A stretch of 64,000 nucleotides of DNA from an uncultured bacterium (GCA_964601275.1 CAZRMV010000001.1:343834-407833), one strand, 5' to 3'; counted from the stretch's first letter, positions 1 to 10,126 are shown. Numbers and translations: made by a program. Notes: a model not told the origin generated them from the sequence alone.

Positions 1-117
1 ACCGAACAACTGTGCGCGCAGGTGGTGTCCTTGCCGATCTCCGCGGACATCCGCCGGGGCGATCAGGATCGGGTGATCGCGGCCGCGCTGGACTGGTTCG
101 AAGCGGAGAACGGATGA
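1..117 (+). CDS. 3' end of an upstream gene (partial); C-terminus resembles DegT/DnrJ/EryC1-type sugar aminotransferases
   Basis: Frame 1 reads TEQLCAQVVSLPISADIRRGDQDRVIAAALDWFEAENG then TGA at 115-117; the pattern resembles DegT-family C-termini. Weak, since only 38 aa are visible. Confidence 0.35.
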   Translation, partial: TEQLCAQVVSLPISADIRRGDQDRVIAAALDWFEAENG

Positions 118-154
118 ATCGCAGCGGGGACCGGCGGGAACCAGAGGAGGACCC

Positions 155-2890
155 ATGACCTTCGTGCTGCTTCTGTGGACCATCCTGGCGACGGTCGGGC
201 CCGGGGCGGCCTCGGCGGAGTCGGCGGCCGCCGCGACGGCGACCCTGGAGCCGGCGGCCGGCGACGCGTCGGCTGCACTCCGGGGATCCGAGGTGGAAGC
301 CCCGTCCAGCGTCGAGACCATCGTGCGCGAGGCGCGCGCCCTGGCGGCCTCGAGCCCCCGGGTCACGGTGGAGGAGATGGGCCGCAGCGCCGAGGGGGAT
401 CCGCTGCTGCTGTTGGTGATCACCGCCGAGGGCAATCGCTCGCGCCTGGCGGACCGCTCGTCCAGGATGGCGCGGCTGGAGGATCCTTCCCTCGACCGCA
501 AGACGAAGGAGAGGATCGCCGAGGAATGCCTGGCCGGGGTCTGGGTCATCGGAAGCGTCCATGGGGACGAAGCCAGTGGAGCTGACGCGGCCCTCGAGTT
601 GGCCCGGCGGCTGGCCACCGGAGAAAGCGAAGAGACCCGTTCGATCCTGGACAACACCGTGGTGTTGATCAATCCATGCGCGAATCCCGATGGCCGACGT
701 CGTTTCCTGCAGCACCTCCGGACCGCCACCCGGCCCGGGGGCGGGGATCCCGACGAGGAGGCCGTCGAACACCGGCAGTTCTGGCCGGGAGGAAGGACCA
801 ATCACTGGTTCTTCGATCTCAACCGGGACTGGGCGCTGTTGACCCAACCGGAATCGCGGGCCCAGGTGGCGGCCTACCTGAGGTGGAGACCCCAGGTGGT
901 GATCGACCTGCACGAGATGGGATCCCGCTCGAGCTACTACTTTCCGCCCCCGGCCCAGCCGGTGAATCCACAGCTTCCGTCGGCTCTTCAGCGCTGGCTG
1001 AAGCTCTTCGGACGGGCCAACGCGGCCGCCTTCGATCGGGCGGGACTGGACTACTACGTGGGGGAGGACTTCGATCTGTTCTACCCCGGCTACGGCGATT
1101 CCTGGCCGAGCCTGACCGGTGCGGTTGGAATGACCTACGAGCAGGCGACCAGCCGCGGACTGCGCATCCGCACTCCCACCGGCGCCATCCGCGGCTACCC
1201 GGACGCGGTGCACGGTCACCTGACCGCGGCCTGGGCCACCTGCCGGACCGCGGCGGCCCATCGTCGCGATCTCCTGCTCTATCACGCCGCCTTCTTCGAG
1301 TCCGCGCTGCAACAGGCCGGCCGCGAGAAGGACCGGGAGCTGGTGATCGACGGGTCGGTCCACCCCGCCGAGGCGGGTCGGCTCGCCCGCGTGCTGGCGG
1401 CACAGGGCATCGAGGTGTGGAGGACCCTGGAGGCGGCCGACGCGAAACTCCGTCCCCTCGAGGGAGGCCCCGCCGAAGGCCGCCCGCTTCCAGAGGGCAG
1501 CTTCCGCATTCCCCTGCGTCAGCCCTCGTATCCCCTGTTGATGAGCCTCTTGGAACCCGAGTTGCCGCTGGACCCCGGCTTCCTGGAAGAAGAACGCCAA
1601 CGTCACCAGGAGGGATTGCGCGCGCGCTTCTACGACGTGACCTCCTGGAGCCTCGCTCTCTCGTACGGGGTCGCGGTCTTCCGCAGTCCGCGTTCCCTGG
1701 AGGTGGAGAGTGAACGGGTGACCCCCGGAGAGTTTGCGGCGTCCGGGTCGATGGAAGCGGTGCCGGCGACGGACCCGCGCGCGGGCCCGCCGCGTTCGCC
1801 CGGGTCCACGAGCCCGGGATCCTCGGCCGAGGCTTCGGCGGACTACGGCTACCTGGTTCCCTACCGGGACCACACCGCCGCCGCCGCACTCGCCGACCTG
1901 TGGAACCGCAAGGTGCGGGTCCACGCCACCCGCGATGCCTTCCGGCAAGGGGAGGTGGACTTTCCCGCTGGGAGCCTGGTGGTGAAACGCTCGGCGCAGC
2001 CGGAAGGAATCGATCTGGACGCGGTGATGACCGCGGTCGCAGCCCGCACCGGGGCACCGGTGATTCCCACCGGGACGGCGTGGACCCAACAGGGTCCGTC
2101 GCTGGGCAGCCATCGGGTGGGGTTGCTCCGTCCTCCGCGGGTGGCGGTGGTGGTGGGTCCGCCCACCCGAGCCACCAGCGCGGGTGCTCTGCTCTGGGTC
2201 TTCCAGGAGGAGATCGGCCTGAGCTGCACCGCGGTGCGCTTCGATCGCCTGGGGCAGATGCCCTTGCGGCGATGGGACGTGATCGTGCTGCCCGATCTCG
2301 AGGCGGACGCGGTCGAGGTGCCGGCGGCCCTGGAGGACTGGGTCGAGTTGGGCGGCACCCTGGTGGCCGAAGCCGGGGCGGTCGAGTTCCTGCTGCAACG
2401 GGAGAACTGGCTGAAGGCCAGGCTGGTGGAAGATCTCCAGACGCCGACCGAAGGAGCGGCCGAGGACAGCGTGGCCGCTTCCTCCGCGCCGGATTCCCCC
2501 GGATCGGCGGCCCGTCCCGGCCGCGCCGCGGGTTCCAAGCCGGAGAAGACCCCGGGAGCCATCCTGCGGCTCTCCCTGGCCCGGCATCATGTTCTCTGTT
2601 TCGGATCGAAGGAGCCGTCCCAGGCCCTGGTGCTCAGCGACCGCCTCCTGGAAGCGGGCGAAGGGGACCGGGTGGCTGCGACTTACGACGAAGTTTCGCC
2701 TCGGCGGGCCGGATTCGTCTGGCCGGAGATGGAAGAAGCCCTGGCCGGTCGGGTGTGGGCCCTCAGCGAGATCCACGGCAAGGGCAAGGTCATCCTGTTT
2801 GCCGAGGAACCCGCCTTCCGGGGCTCCTGGCCCGAGACCACCCGGATGCTGCTGAACGCGGTGATGTGGAGTCCCAGCCTCCTGCATTGA
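155..2890 (+). CDS. secreted M14-family zinc carboxypeptidase with a large C-terminal extension
   Basis: GGAGG ribosome-binding site before the ATG. N-terminal signal peptide MTFVLLLWTILATVGPGAASA. M14 zinc-ligand motifs GSVHGDEASG (HxxE) and INPCANPDGRRRF. 911 aa. Confidence 0.8.
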   Translation: MTFVLLLWTILATVGPGAASAESAAAATATLEPAAGDASAALRGSEVEAPSSVETIVREARALAASSPRVTVEEMGRSAEGDPLLLLVITAEGNRSRLADRSSRMARLEDPSLDRKTKERIAEECLAGVWVIGSVHGDEASGADAALELARRLATGESEETRSILDNTVVLINPCANPDGRRRFLQHLRTATRPGGGDPDEEAVEHRQFWPGGRTNHWFFDLNRDWALLTQPESRAQVAAYLRWRPQVVIDLHEMGSRSSYYFPPPAQPVNPQLPSALQRWLKLFGRANAAAFDRAGLDYYVGEDFDLFYPGYGDSWPSLTGAVGMTYEQATSRGLRIRTPTGAIRGYPDAVHGHLTAAWATCRTAAAHRRDLLLYHAAFFESALQQAGREKDRELVIDGSVHPAEAGRLARVLAAQGIEVWRTLEAADAKLRPLEGGPAEGRPLPEGSFRIPLRQPSYPLLMSLLEPELPLDPGFLEEERQRHQEGLRARFYDVTSWSLALSYGVAVFRSPRSLEVESERVTPGEFAASGSMEAVPATDPRAGPPRSPGSTSPGSSAEASADYGYLVPYRDHTAAAALADLWNRKVRVHATRDAFRQGEVDFPAGSLVVKRSAQPEGIDLDAVMTAVAARTGAPVIPTGTAWTQQGPSLGSHRVGLLRPPRVAVVVGPPTRATSAGALLWVFQEEIGLSCTAVRFDRLGQMPLRRWDVIVLPDLEADAVEVPAALEDWVELGGTLVAEAGAVEFLLQRENWLKARLVEDLQTPTEGAAEDSVAASSAPDSPGSAARPGRAAGSKPEKTPGAILRLSLARHHVLCFGSKEPSQALVLSDRLLEAGEGDRVAATYDEVSPRRAGFVWPEMEEALAGRVWALSEIHGKGKVILFAEEPAFRGSWPETTRMLLNAVMWSPSLLH

Positions 2891-3261
2891 GGGGCGATCG
2901 GAGGCCTTAGGTAGAATTATTCCATTCTCCGGAAGGCGTTGCATCCGGCGTGGGAATCGATTCTCTTGGTAACGGAGACGCCAGAGAACTCCCCGGGGAC
3001 TCCGCCCCCGGCCGCATCGCGGGAACCGCGGAACCAGTGACCACGACCACGTGCGGGTCGGACCGGTCACAGCGTCTGGGGATGTACGCCGACACACGGG
3101 CGCCGTCGGAACATCCCGAAGGATCCCTCGCAGGGCGTGGCGAGGATTCTGTTTCGCGCTGCGACGGCTGTGAGCGCCTCATGGGGTACTGGGACCAATC
3201 CCCATGGTCAAAGGTCTCAAAGCTCGGGTTCGGCCCGCACCTCCTTGCCTCTCTGCTCGGT

Positions 3262-4347
3262 TCATCCGGATACGGCTCCCTCCGGTAGCACAGCAGCAGC
3301 ATGGTCGGGTGGAGGGGCATCTTTTCCGAGAAGGAGATCGACGAGGCGGGCTTGGCTCGCCTCGTCGTTTTCGTAGAGCAGGGCATGGATTCCCGACACC
3401 CCTTCCGGGCGGTCCTGTCTCTGCTGGAGACGGGGAGTGGCGCTGCTTGCGAAGGGTTCGGCCTCCTGCGCCCGGTAGCGGGAGAAGAATTCCAGGTGGA
3501 AGAGCAGGAAGTCACGGACCCGCCGTTCGCCCCGTTCATCCTCGCCGAAATGTTCCCGCGCGAGCCGAACGTATCGCCGCAGCAACTGCAGCCGCGCTTC
3601 TTCATCCAGCAGGATGTCTCGACCCAGCTTGGCTTCGAGGAAGATCCACGGTTTGACCAGAGCGCCGCGTCCCACCATGACGCTTGCGCAACCGCTTTGT
3701 CTCCATCTCCCGGAGATCTCCTCGTGGGTGAGGAGATCTCCATTGCCGATCACCGGGATCTCCAGGCGACTCGCCAGATCGGCCACCACCTCCCAGTCGG
3801 CCGCGCGCCGGTATCTCTGTTTCCGGCTGCGGCCGTGCAGGGTGACGGCGGCGGCCCCGGCCTCCTGGGCCGCCAGCGCCACCTCGCGGTAGCGTGGACG
3901 CTGGTCGTCGTAGCCCATGCGCATCTTCACCGTCACCGGAATGGAGACCGCACGGACCATCGCCTCGACCAGGGCGCCGACCCGTCCCGGTTTCTTGAGG
4001 AGAGCGGCGCCGAGGCCGCGGCGGCAGAGCAGGTCGATGGGACATCCGAGATTCAGGTCGACGAAATCGGCGCCGGCGTCCTCGGCCATCCTCGCTGCGT
4101 CGGCCAGGACCTCTCCCTTGCGCCCGGCAATCTGCGCGCCGAAGATCTCCTCCTGCGGGGCCCGCCGCAACAGGGCGTGTTCGCTCCGGCTTCCCTTGAT
4201 GAGCTTGTGGGCGAGGGCCATCTCTCCCATGGTCACCTCGGCACCCAGCTCGACGCAGAGTTGCCGGAAGGGGAGATTGCCTCCCCGGGTCAACGGGGCG
4301 AGGATCACCTTGCCCGCGAAGAGTTCGGTTCGAGCTTCCTGGATCAT
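3262..4347 (-). CDS. tRNA-dihydrouridine synthase (Dus family)
   Basis: ORF 3262..4434; Dus-like N-terminus FAGKVILAPLTRGGNLPFRQLC; TIM-barrel motifs NLGCP and VTVKMRMG. Start chosen at MIQEAR (4347); MCFS at 4395 is an alternative. Confidence 0.8.
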   Translation of the reverse strand: MIQEARTELFAGKVILAPLTRGGNLPFRQLCVELGAEVTMGEMALAHKLIKGSRSEHALLRRAPQEEIFGAQIAGRKGEVLADAARMAEDAGADFVDLNLGCPIDLLCRRGLGAALLKKPGRVGALVEAMVRAVSIPVTVKMRMGYDDQRPRYREVALAAQEAGAAAVTLHGRSRKQRYRRAADWEVVADLASRLEIPVIGNGDLLTHEEISGRWRQSGCASVMVGRGALVKPWIFLEAKLGRDILLDEEARLQLLRRYVRLAREHFGEDERGERRVRDFLLFHLEFFSRYRAQEAEPFASSATPRLQQRQDRPEGVSGIHALLYENDEASQARLVDLLLGKDAPPPDHAAAVLPEGAVSG

Positions 4348-4594
4348 CCGGACGCACCAGCGAAGGAGAGTGGGTCGGGTCGGGGAGAAGCACATACTAG
4401 GGCCGAAGCAAGCCGCCGACAAACCCGCGATCACGGCCGCACCCGATTCTCCTTCGCGGAGGGAGACGCCTCGGTCCGCAGCGGAAGAGTTCTTTCTCGC
4501 TCCGGCGGCGGGGGCGGGCTATGCTGCCGGAGGAACGAAGGGTTTCGTCTCCTCGTTCCTTGCAGACCACCCCACTTCATCTCGGGAGCCGATC

Positions 4595-5074
4595 GTGGAA
4601 TTCGTGAGCATCGCCGATGACGTCGTCCTGGGCAAGGACGTGAAGATCCATCGTTTCGTGAATCTGTATGGTTGCACGATCGGGGATGAGACCCGCATCG
4701 GAACCTTCGTGGAGATCCAGAAGGGGGCGGTGATCGGCAAGCGATGCAAGATCAGCAGCCACACCTTCATCTGCGACGGGGTCCGGATCGGGGACGGTTG
4801 CTTCATCGGCCACGGTGTCATCTTCATCAACGACATGACCCCGCGCGCGGTGACTCCCGAGGGCGAACTCGAGAGCGAAGAGGACTGGGCCGGCCGCTTT
4901 GTCGCCACCCGGGTCGACGATCGGGTCTCCATCGGTTCGGGAGCGATCATCATGGGGGGAATCCACCTGGGAGAGGGGGCCCTCATCGGGGCGGGGGCGG
5001 TGGTCACGCGGGACGTGGCGGCCGGTGAGGTGGTGGCCGGGGTGCCGGCCCGGGTCCTTCGGCACCATTCTTGA
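4595..5074 (+). CDS. hexapeptide-repeat (left-handed beta-helix) acyl/acetyltransferase, sugar N/O-acetyltransferase type
   Basis: C-terminal part of ORF 3917..5074. Repeated [LIV]G hexapeptides (IGDETRIGTFVEIQKGAVIGKRCKISSHTFICDGVRIGDGCFIGHGV and GSGAIIMGGIHLGEGALIGAGAVV). GTG start at 4595 by in-frame residue counting. Confidence 0.75.
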   Translation: MEFVSIADDVVLGKDVKIHRFVNLYGCTIGDETRIGTFVEIQKGAVIGKRCKISSHTFICDGVRIGDGCFIGHGVIFINDMTPRAVTPEGELESEEDWAGRFVATRVDDRVSIGSGAIIMGGIHLGEGALIGAGAVVTRDVAAGEVVAGVPARVLRHHS

Positions 5075-5128
5075 AAGCGCTGCCGATGGAAGCGGTCCCG
5101 CCACCGGGGCGGGCGCCTTCCCGGGAGA

Positions 5129-6163
5129 ATGCGCGTCGGATTCATCGTCACCCATCGTGAACAGGCCGAACGCTTCGAAGCGGTCCTCCGGCGCACGCCC
5201 GGGGCGCGGTTCCTCGTGCCCGCCGGCCGCTGGCCCTCTTTCCATCACGACCCCCGCCAGGAAGTGTTGCAGTGGCTCGTGCGACACGGGCTTTTCCCGG
5301 TGATCCGGCCGAGCGCCGATTTCGACCTGGTGATCACGGCCGGGGAGATCCCCGAGGCGTCCACACGAAGCTGGTTGCGACCGCACGGCACGATCATCGG
5401 GTGGCGGGATCCCTCGGTGGTTCCCCTGCCCAGCCGACCTTCGCTGGTGCTCTGTTCCGGCCCCGCCTTGCGGCCCGCCGAAGGCAACCGGCCGTGGGCG
5501 GTGGTGGGCGATCCACTGCTCGACGCGGCCCGGGAGCCGGGCGCCCGCTTTCGCGCCCGCGCGGCCCTGGGCCTTCCCTCGCGCTCGGAGCGGCGAATGC
5601 TGCTCCTCCACTTCGAACGAGATCCCGCCGGACTCGGAGGCCTGGTGGAAGACCTGGCCCGGTGGCGCGGGGAGGTCGACCTGGTGGTCACCGCCTCGAC
5701 CCGGGTCCGCCTGGGTTCGCCCACGCCCCTGCCCCGATGCCTGAGTGGGCCGGGAGTCTACAGGCCAGGGGACAGCATTCCCCACGCGGACCTTCTTGCC
5801 GCGGCCGATCTCGTGCTGGCCGAGCCGGGGCCGCTCCTGGTGGAGGCGGCCGCCCTGGGATGTCCGGCATACGGGTTGGGGAGCTGGAATCGGCCGTCCC
5901 GCCGGAGCGGAGCGGTCGAGGATCCCCTCGATCGTATCCTGGGTGGCTGGCAGTGGATCGACGACGGGGAACAACTGCGGAAGGTGATCGCCGCCCATCC
6001 CCACCAGTGGCGGGAATGGAGCGAGGCCATCCGGCCCGTCGCCGAGACCCTCCTGGGGCCGGCCGACGGACGGTCGGTGCAGCGCATGGTCGAGTGCCTG
6101 CGGCTTCTCGGACCCCCCCAGGGAGCGGAGGCCGACCCGGCCGGAACTACTCTCCGGGAATGA
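5129..6163 (+). CDS. hypothetical protein, GT-B-fold glycosyltransferase-like (weakly LpxB/MurG-like)
   Basis: 344 aa. N-terminus MRVGFIVTHREQAERFEAVLRRTPGARF and C-terminal ADLLAAADLVLAEPGPLLVEAAALGCPAYGLG resemble GT-B nucleotide-sugar-binding segments. By-eye similarity only. Confidence 0.4.
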   Translation: MRVGFIVTHREQAERFEAVLRRTPGARFLVPAGRWPSFHHDPRQEVLQWLVRHGLFPVIRPSADFDLVITAGEIPEASTRSWLRPHGTIIGWRDPSVVPLPSRPSLVLCSGPALRPAEGNRPWAVVGDPLLDAAREPGARFRARAALGLPSRSERRMLLLHFERDPAGLGGLVEDLARWRGEVDLVVTASTRVRLGSPTPLPRCLSGPGVYRPGDSIPHADLLAAADLVLAEPGPLLVEAAALGCPAYGLGSWNRPSRRSGAVEDPLDRILGGWQWIDDGEQLRKVIAAHPHQWREWSEAIRPVAETLLGPADGRSVQRMVECLRLLGPPQGAEADPAGTTLRE

Positions 6164-6980
6164 GCACCGGGCCGGAAGGGACCAGGGGAGGGCCGCCCAG
6201 GCGGGCGGTCCCGCGTTCCTGCCGCGGGAAATCCTTCCAGGGAGCCAGGACCATCTCCAGGGTGTCCACGCAGAGCTGGGGGTGGGGCGATCGGGTGGTT
6301 TCCTCGGTGAGGACGAAGCCGGCGCACCCGTCGGCGGCGAATTCACTCAGCTCTTCCAGTTGCGAGAGTTCGGGCATCACCGAATCGATCATGGTGTCCA
6401 GCAGTCCACCCTGCAGAAGCAGGGGGCGTTTCCGGCCGGCGGCCAGGACCATGGCGCGCTCGACGTGGCGGCGGGTCATCTCCGGGCCGATCCGACGGAC
6501 CATCTCCCCGTAGGGGACGACCACCGCATCGGCGGCCGCGGCGAGCTGGGACAGCGTCGGGTCATCCATCTCTTCCAGGGCGCCGGGGGTGCAGGCGATG
6601 CGCGTCGTGGGTGCGAGGAGTTCACGGGCGCGCAGCAGTTCCTCTTCGCCGGTGACGCCCCGCAATCCCACCCAGGGAAATCCCTCCGCGGCGGCGAAGA
6701 TGAGGAATTCGCTGGTGGTCAACAGGCTGGTCCGGGTGGGGTCGCCCGGGCCGGGAAGGTCGAGCAGCGCGGGTTGCGTACAGCGCGCGCGGAGGCGGCA
6801 GATCTCCTGCAGGCTCCCCCGTGAGGCGTCCAGGCGGACCAGATCGATGCCGTGGAGCGAGGGAGTCTGCGCTTCGATGGTGGCGAGGATCCGGGGGCGG
6901 TCGCATCGGAGGGGCCGCGCGGGCCTCACCGGCGCCATGAGACAGGGGCCATCGGTGACGGCGGCGGGTCGACGAGTCAT
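6147..6980 (-). CDS. pyruvate-kinase-like TIM-barrel protein lacking the B (lid) and C-terminal domains
   Basis: Within ORF 6147..7181. Start ATG at 6978-6980 is preceded by GGAGGAAGGG. PRILATIEAQTPSLHGIDLVRLDASRG matches the PK N-terminus KIVCTIGP...NFSHG. LLDLPGPGDPTR matches ILLDTKGPEIRT. The segment AAADAVVVPYGEMV...QGGLLDTM matches the PK A-domain region SDGIMVARGDLGVE...ATQMLESM. Only 278 aa. Confidence 0.55.
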   Translation of the reverse strand: MTRRPAAVTDGPCLMAPVRPARPLRCDRPRILATIEAQTPSLHGIDLVRLDASRGSLQEICRLRARCTQPALLDLPGPGDPTRTSLLTTSEFLIFAAAEGFPWVGLRGVTGEEELLRARELLAPTTRIACTPGALEEMDDPTLSQLAAAADAVVVPYGEMVRRIGPEMTRRHVERAMVLAAGRKRPLLLQGGLLDTMIDSVMPELSQLEELSEFAADGCAGFVLTEETTRSPHPQLCVDTLEMVLAPWKDFPRQERGTARLGGPPLVPSGPVLIPGE

Positions 6981-7284
6981 GTCCCTTCCTCCCGACGGGG
7001 CGAGATGCGCCCGGGAGCGCCGACTCTCCGCGAGGCGGGAGACCGGCGTGCGGGTCCCGGGCAAAGGGACGATCAGCAAGGGTGGTGCCGTTGTTTCCGG
7101 AGAGGCGCCGGTGGAGACATCCCGGGGAGGATCCCGGAAAGAAGGGGGCGGTGCCGCCCGGGCCCGGGTGGAGGATCGCACGCCGCGATCGAGCGGGCCC
7201 GCCCGATCCTGCGCGCGCGGTGGTCACGCCCCGGCCACCGCATGGCCGGGATGGGTCCAGCCCCGGACCCGGCGGAGCCGGCCT

Positions 7285-8565
7285 TCAGGAGGAGTTCATC
7301 CAGGGGGTCCGCTGCGGTGTCCTCGGCGGCAAACGGTCCATTCCGTCGTCGTCGCGCTTCCGTCCGGCGGCCGCGTGGTCGAGCACGACCGCCAGGGCCG
7401 ATCCCAGGAGGAAATAGAGGACGAATTCCACCTCGTCGTCGGTCTGGTACACCTGGAAGAGACCCGCCACGGTGATGCCGAGCTGCGCCGCGACCGCGGT
7501 GACCGGGATCCACGCGAGGCGTCCCATGCCGCGCCGGGCGCGCCAGAAGAGGAACAAGGTCACCCCGAGCAGGGCCAGGGCGGCAGCCATTCCCAACAGG
7601 CCCGCGTTGACCCCGTGCATGAGCAGATCGTTGTGGGAATGGGCCAGGGTGTCGTAGGTGCCGGGAACCCGGTAGCGCTCCATCATCCGCTGGAAATTCC
7701 CCGGGCCGAAGCCCAGCCAGGGCCGCGCCGCGATGGCATGCACCGACGAGAGCCAGAGTCGTCTCCGCGTCTCCTCGCCCCCGGCGCCCAGCGCGGTGGT
7801 GAAACGGTGCAGCATGGAGGGAGAGGCCAGGGCCACCGAAAGGCCGGCGGCCAAGGTGGCCAGGGCCGCCCAACGCCGCCGGCCCGGCAGCGAGAGGGAA
7901 AGGAGAACGATCCCGACCGCCGCACCGATCTGCGCGCTGCGGGCGTAGGACCACAAGAGAGCCGCCCCCAGGGGGAGGACCGCGGCCCAGGGAATCGCTC
8001 GTTGCCACCGGGGCTCGCGGCGCAGCTCCCCCACCAGGGCCCAACCGAGGGCGACCAACACGAGCAACATCACCTGGCCGCCGTAGGTGAGGTGATGACC
8101 GAAGAAGCCGATGGACATCGGATGCCCATCGGCCAGGGGGGCGGGGCGGTGGCGGACGGGATCGAGCCCGCTGAAGTGTTGCCACACCGCGTAGAGCGCG
8201 ACCAGGGCTCCGGTGCCCACCAGGATCTTCAGGACGCGGTCCAGGTGCCGGGACCGTCCGTAGACCGCCAGGGGTACCGCCACCAGCAACAGTTTCAGCC
8301 AGTTCTCCCCGAGGAACTTGCGCCAGTTGGAGGGGTAGGGAGCGGCCAGGAGGGTGGCCAGGAGGTAGGCCGCCAGGTAGGCTCCCAGGGCGAGCCAGAT
8401 GCTCCGGGGGATGCGACGCAGCCGGCCGGGGTCGAGGACCGCCGCTCCCACCGCGATGAGGAGGATCATTCCCGACGCGATCGCGCCCGCCGCCTCCGAC
8501 CAGGTCGCGCCCAGGGCGAAGAGGTAGAAGGGAGCCACCAGCAGAGCGGTCTTCAGGCGGGACAT
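7285..8565 (-). CDS. O-antigen ligase / O-antigen polymerase family membrane protein (Wzy_C/WaaL-like)
   Basis: 426 aa polytopic membrane protein with the family hallmark HSHNDLLM in a periplasmic loop. Confidence 0.8.
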   Translation of the reverse strand: MSRLKTALLVAPFYLFALGATWSEAAGAIASGMILLIAVGAAVLDPGRLRRIPRSIWLALGAYLAAYLLATLLAAPYPSNWRKFLGENWLKLLLVAVPLAVYGRSRHLDRVLKILVGTGALVALYAVWQHFSGLDPVRHRPAPLADGHPMSIGFFGHHLTYGGQVMLLVLVALGWALVGELRREPRWQRAIPWAAVLPLGAALLWSYARSAQIGAAVGIVLLSLSLPGRRRWAALATLAAGLSVALASPSMLHRFTTALGAGGEETRRRLWLSSVHAIAARPWLGFGPGNFQRMMERYRVPGTYDTLAHSHNDLLMHGVNAGLLGMAAALALLGVTLFLFWRARRGMGRLAWIPVTAVAAQLGITVAGLFQVYQTDDEVEFVLYFLLGSALAVVLDHAAAGRKRDDDGMDRLPPRTPQRTPWMNSS

Positions 8566-8574
8566 GTCCCCTAC

Positions 8575-9171
8575 CTAGGCGGGATCGGCCAGTTCGTGCT
8601 CGAGCCAGGCGCAGAGGATGTGGCCGGCGAGGATGTGGCATTCCTGGATCCGGGCGGTATGACCGCTGGGAACCTTCAGAAGGTGGTCGCAGAGTTCTTC
8701 GCGTTCCATCCGTCCTCCGCCCCCGCCGGTCATGCCCAGGGTGACCAGGCCGAGACGGCGGGCGGTGCGCAAGGCCCGGACCACGTTCTCGCTGTCCCCG
8801 CTGGTGGAGATTCCGAGCGCGATGTCGTGGGGATGGGCTCTTCCCTCGAGCTGGCGGGCGAAGATCTCCTCGAAACCATAGTCGTTGCCGATCGCGGTCA
8901 GGGCGCTCGAGTTGACGGTGAGGGCTTCGGCGGCCAGAGCGGGGCGTTCCCGCTGGAAACGTCCGCTCAATTCCGCCGCGATGTGCTGCGCGTCGGCCGC
9001 GCTGCCCCCGTTGCCGAAGGCCAGGAGAGCTCCTCCGCCGCGCAGCGCCTCGGCCACCGCCCGGGCCATCGCCGCGATCACCGGCGCCTGCTCCAGGAGA
9101 GCCTGTTTCACCTCGATGCTCGACTGGATGCGACGGCGGACGAACTCGAGCTCGAGAGGGCGCTCGTTCAC
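8575..9171 (-). CDS. gmhA: D-sedoheptulose-7-phosphate isomerase (phosphoheptose isomerase, SIS domain)
   Basis: 198 aa; GmhA-type SIS motifs LAFGNGGSAADAQHIAAEL, ALTAIGNDYGFEEIFARQ and GISTSGDSENV. Confidence 0.85.
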   Translation of the reverse strand: MNERPLELEFVRRRIQSSIEVKQALLEQAPVIAAMARAVAEALRGGGALLAFGNGGSAADAQHIAAELSGRFQRERPALAAEALTVNSSALTAIGNDYGFEEIFARQLEGRAHPHDIALGISTSGDSENVVRALRTARRLGLVTLGMTGGGGGRMEREELCDHLLKVPSGHTARIQECHILAGHILCAWLEHELADPA

Positions 9172-9289
9172 GATCGGACCTCAAGGTTGGAGGAGATCCG
9201 ATGGTAGGCGCGGCGGCGAAGCGGGGCAAGCACTCCCCGCCCGCGGGGCCGCGCTTGCGATGGGCGGACTCCTGGGGGATGATCTTCCC

Positions 9290-10126
9290 ATGGCACGACG
9301 ACTGCGCGTGGAGGACTTCCCGGACTGGTCTTCCTACTATCGTGAATACCAGATCCGGCTGACCCGCGACCACTTGCTTCCCCTCCTTCGCCGATGGGGG
9401 TTGTGGAGCGGAAACCCGCGGGTCCTCGACGTCGGGTGCGGAGACGGGGGTGCGGCCCTGGCCCTCGACGCCGCCGGGGGACGGGTGGATGGCCTCGAGA
9501 TCGAGACCCGGCGTCTGGCCGAAGCGCAGGAGGAAGTGCGGCGCCGGGGGGTGGCGGTGCGTCTCGCGTTCGGGGACATCACCGATCCTGCGACCCTGGA
9601 CTCCTTCGCCGGGCCCTACGATCTCATCCTCTTCCGTGACGTCCTCGAACACATTCCCGACAAGGAAACGGCCTTGCGGCAAGCCCGCGCGCGGCTGGCC
9701 GAGGGCGGGAGCATCGTGGTGGTCTTCCCCCCGTATCTCTCCGCCTACGGAGGACACCAGCAGATCCTGCATCCCCGGCGTTTCGCCGGTCTTCCCCTGG
9801 CGCGCCTTCCCTGGACCCACTGTCTTCCCGTTCCGCTCTTCCGCTTCCTCGCCAGCTGTCCCGACGGACGCGAGGATCCGCAGTGGGCGGAGATCCGGAC
9901 CATCGCCGCCACCCGCCTGACCATGGCGGAGATCGCCCGGCTGGCCCGGGATCTCGACCTGGAGCCGGTCTGCAGGAAGAACTATCTCCTGCGTCCCAGT
10001 TTCCGCCTCCGCTACGGACTGCCGGTGGTGGACGCGGGTTGGCTGGGCCGGATTCCCGGGTTGAACGAGCTCCTGGTCAGCGCCAGCTACCAGGTGTTGC
10101 GCCCGCGCCGGGCTCAGCGCAGATAG
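9290..10126 (+). CDS. class I SAM-dependent methyltransferase
   Basis: ORF 8885..10126. SAM motif I VLDVGCGDGGAALAL, an acidic DGLE loop and FRDVLEHIPD. Start ATG at 9290 (MARRL); in-frame ATG at 9260 is an alternative. Divergent from gmhA. Confidence 0.75.
   Translation: MARRLRVEDFPDWSSYYREYQIRLTRDHLLPLLRRWGLWSGNPRVLDVGCGDGGAALALDAAGGRVDGLEIETRRLAEAQEEVRRRGVAVRLAFGDITDPATLDSFAGPYDLILFRDVLEHIPDKETALRQARARLAEGGSIVVVFPPYLSAYGGHQQILHPRRFAGLPLARLPWTHCLPVPLFRFLASCPDGREDPQWAEIRTIAATRLTMAEIARLARDLDLEPVCRKNYLLRPSFRLRYGLPVVDAGWLGRIPGLNELLVSASYQVLRPRRAQRR

Noticed and set aside
2891-3261. ORFs 2950..3288 (+) and 2907..3743 (-) in the gap after the M14 peptidase
   Set aside because: No RBS, no recognisable motifs and an odd composition. 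I treat the region as intergenic; the AT-richer stretch at 2900-2930 contains only a weak 5-bp hairpin.
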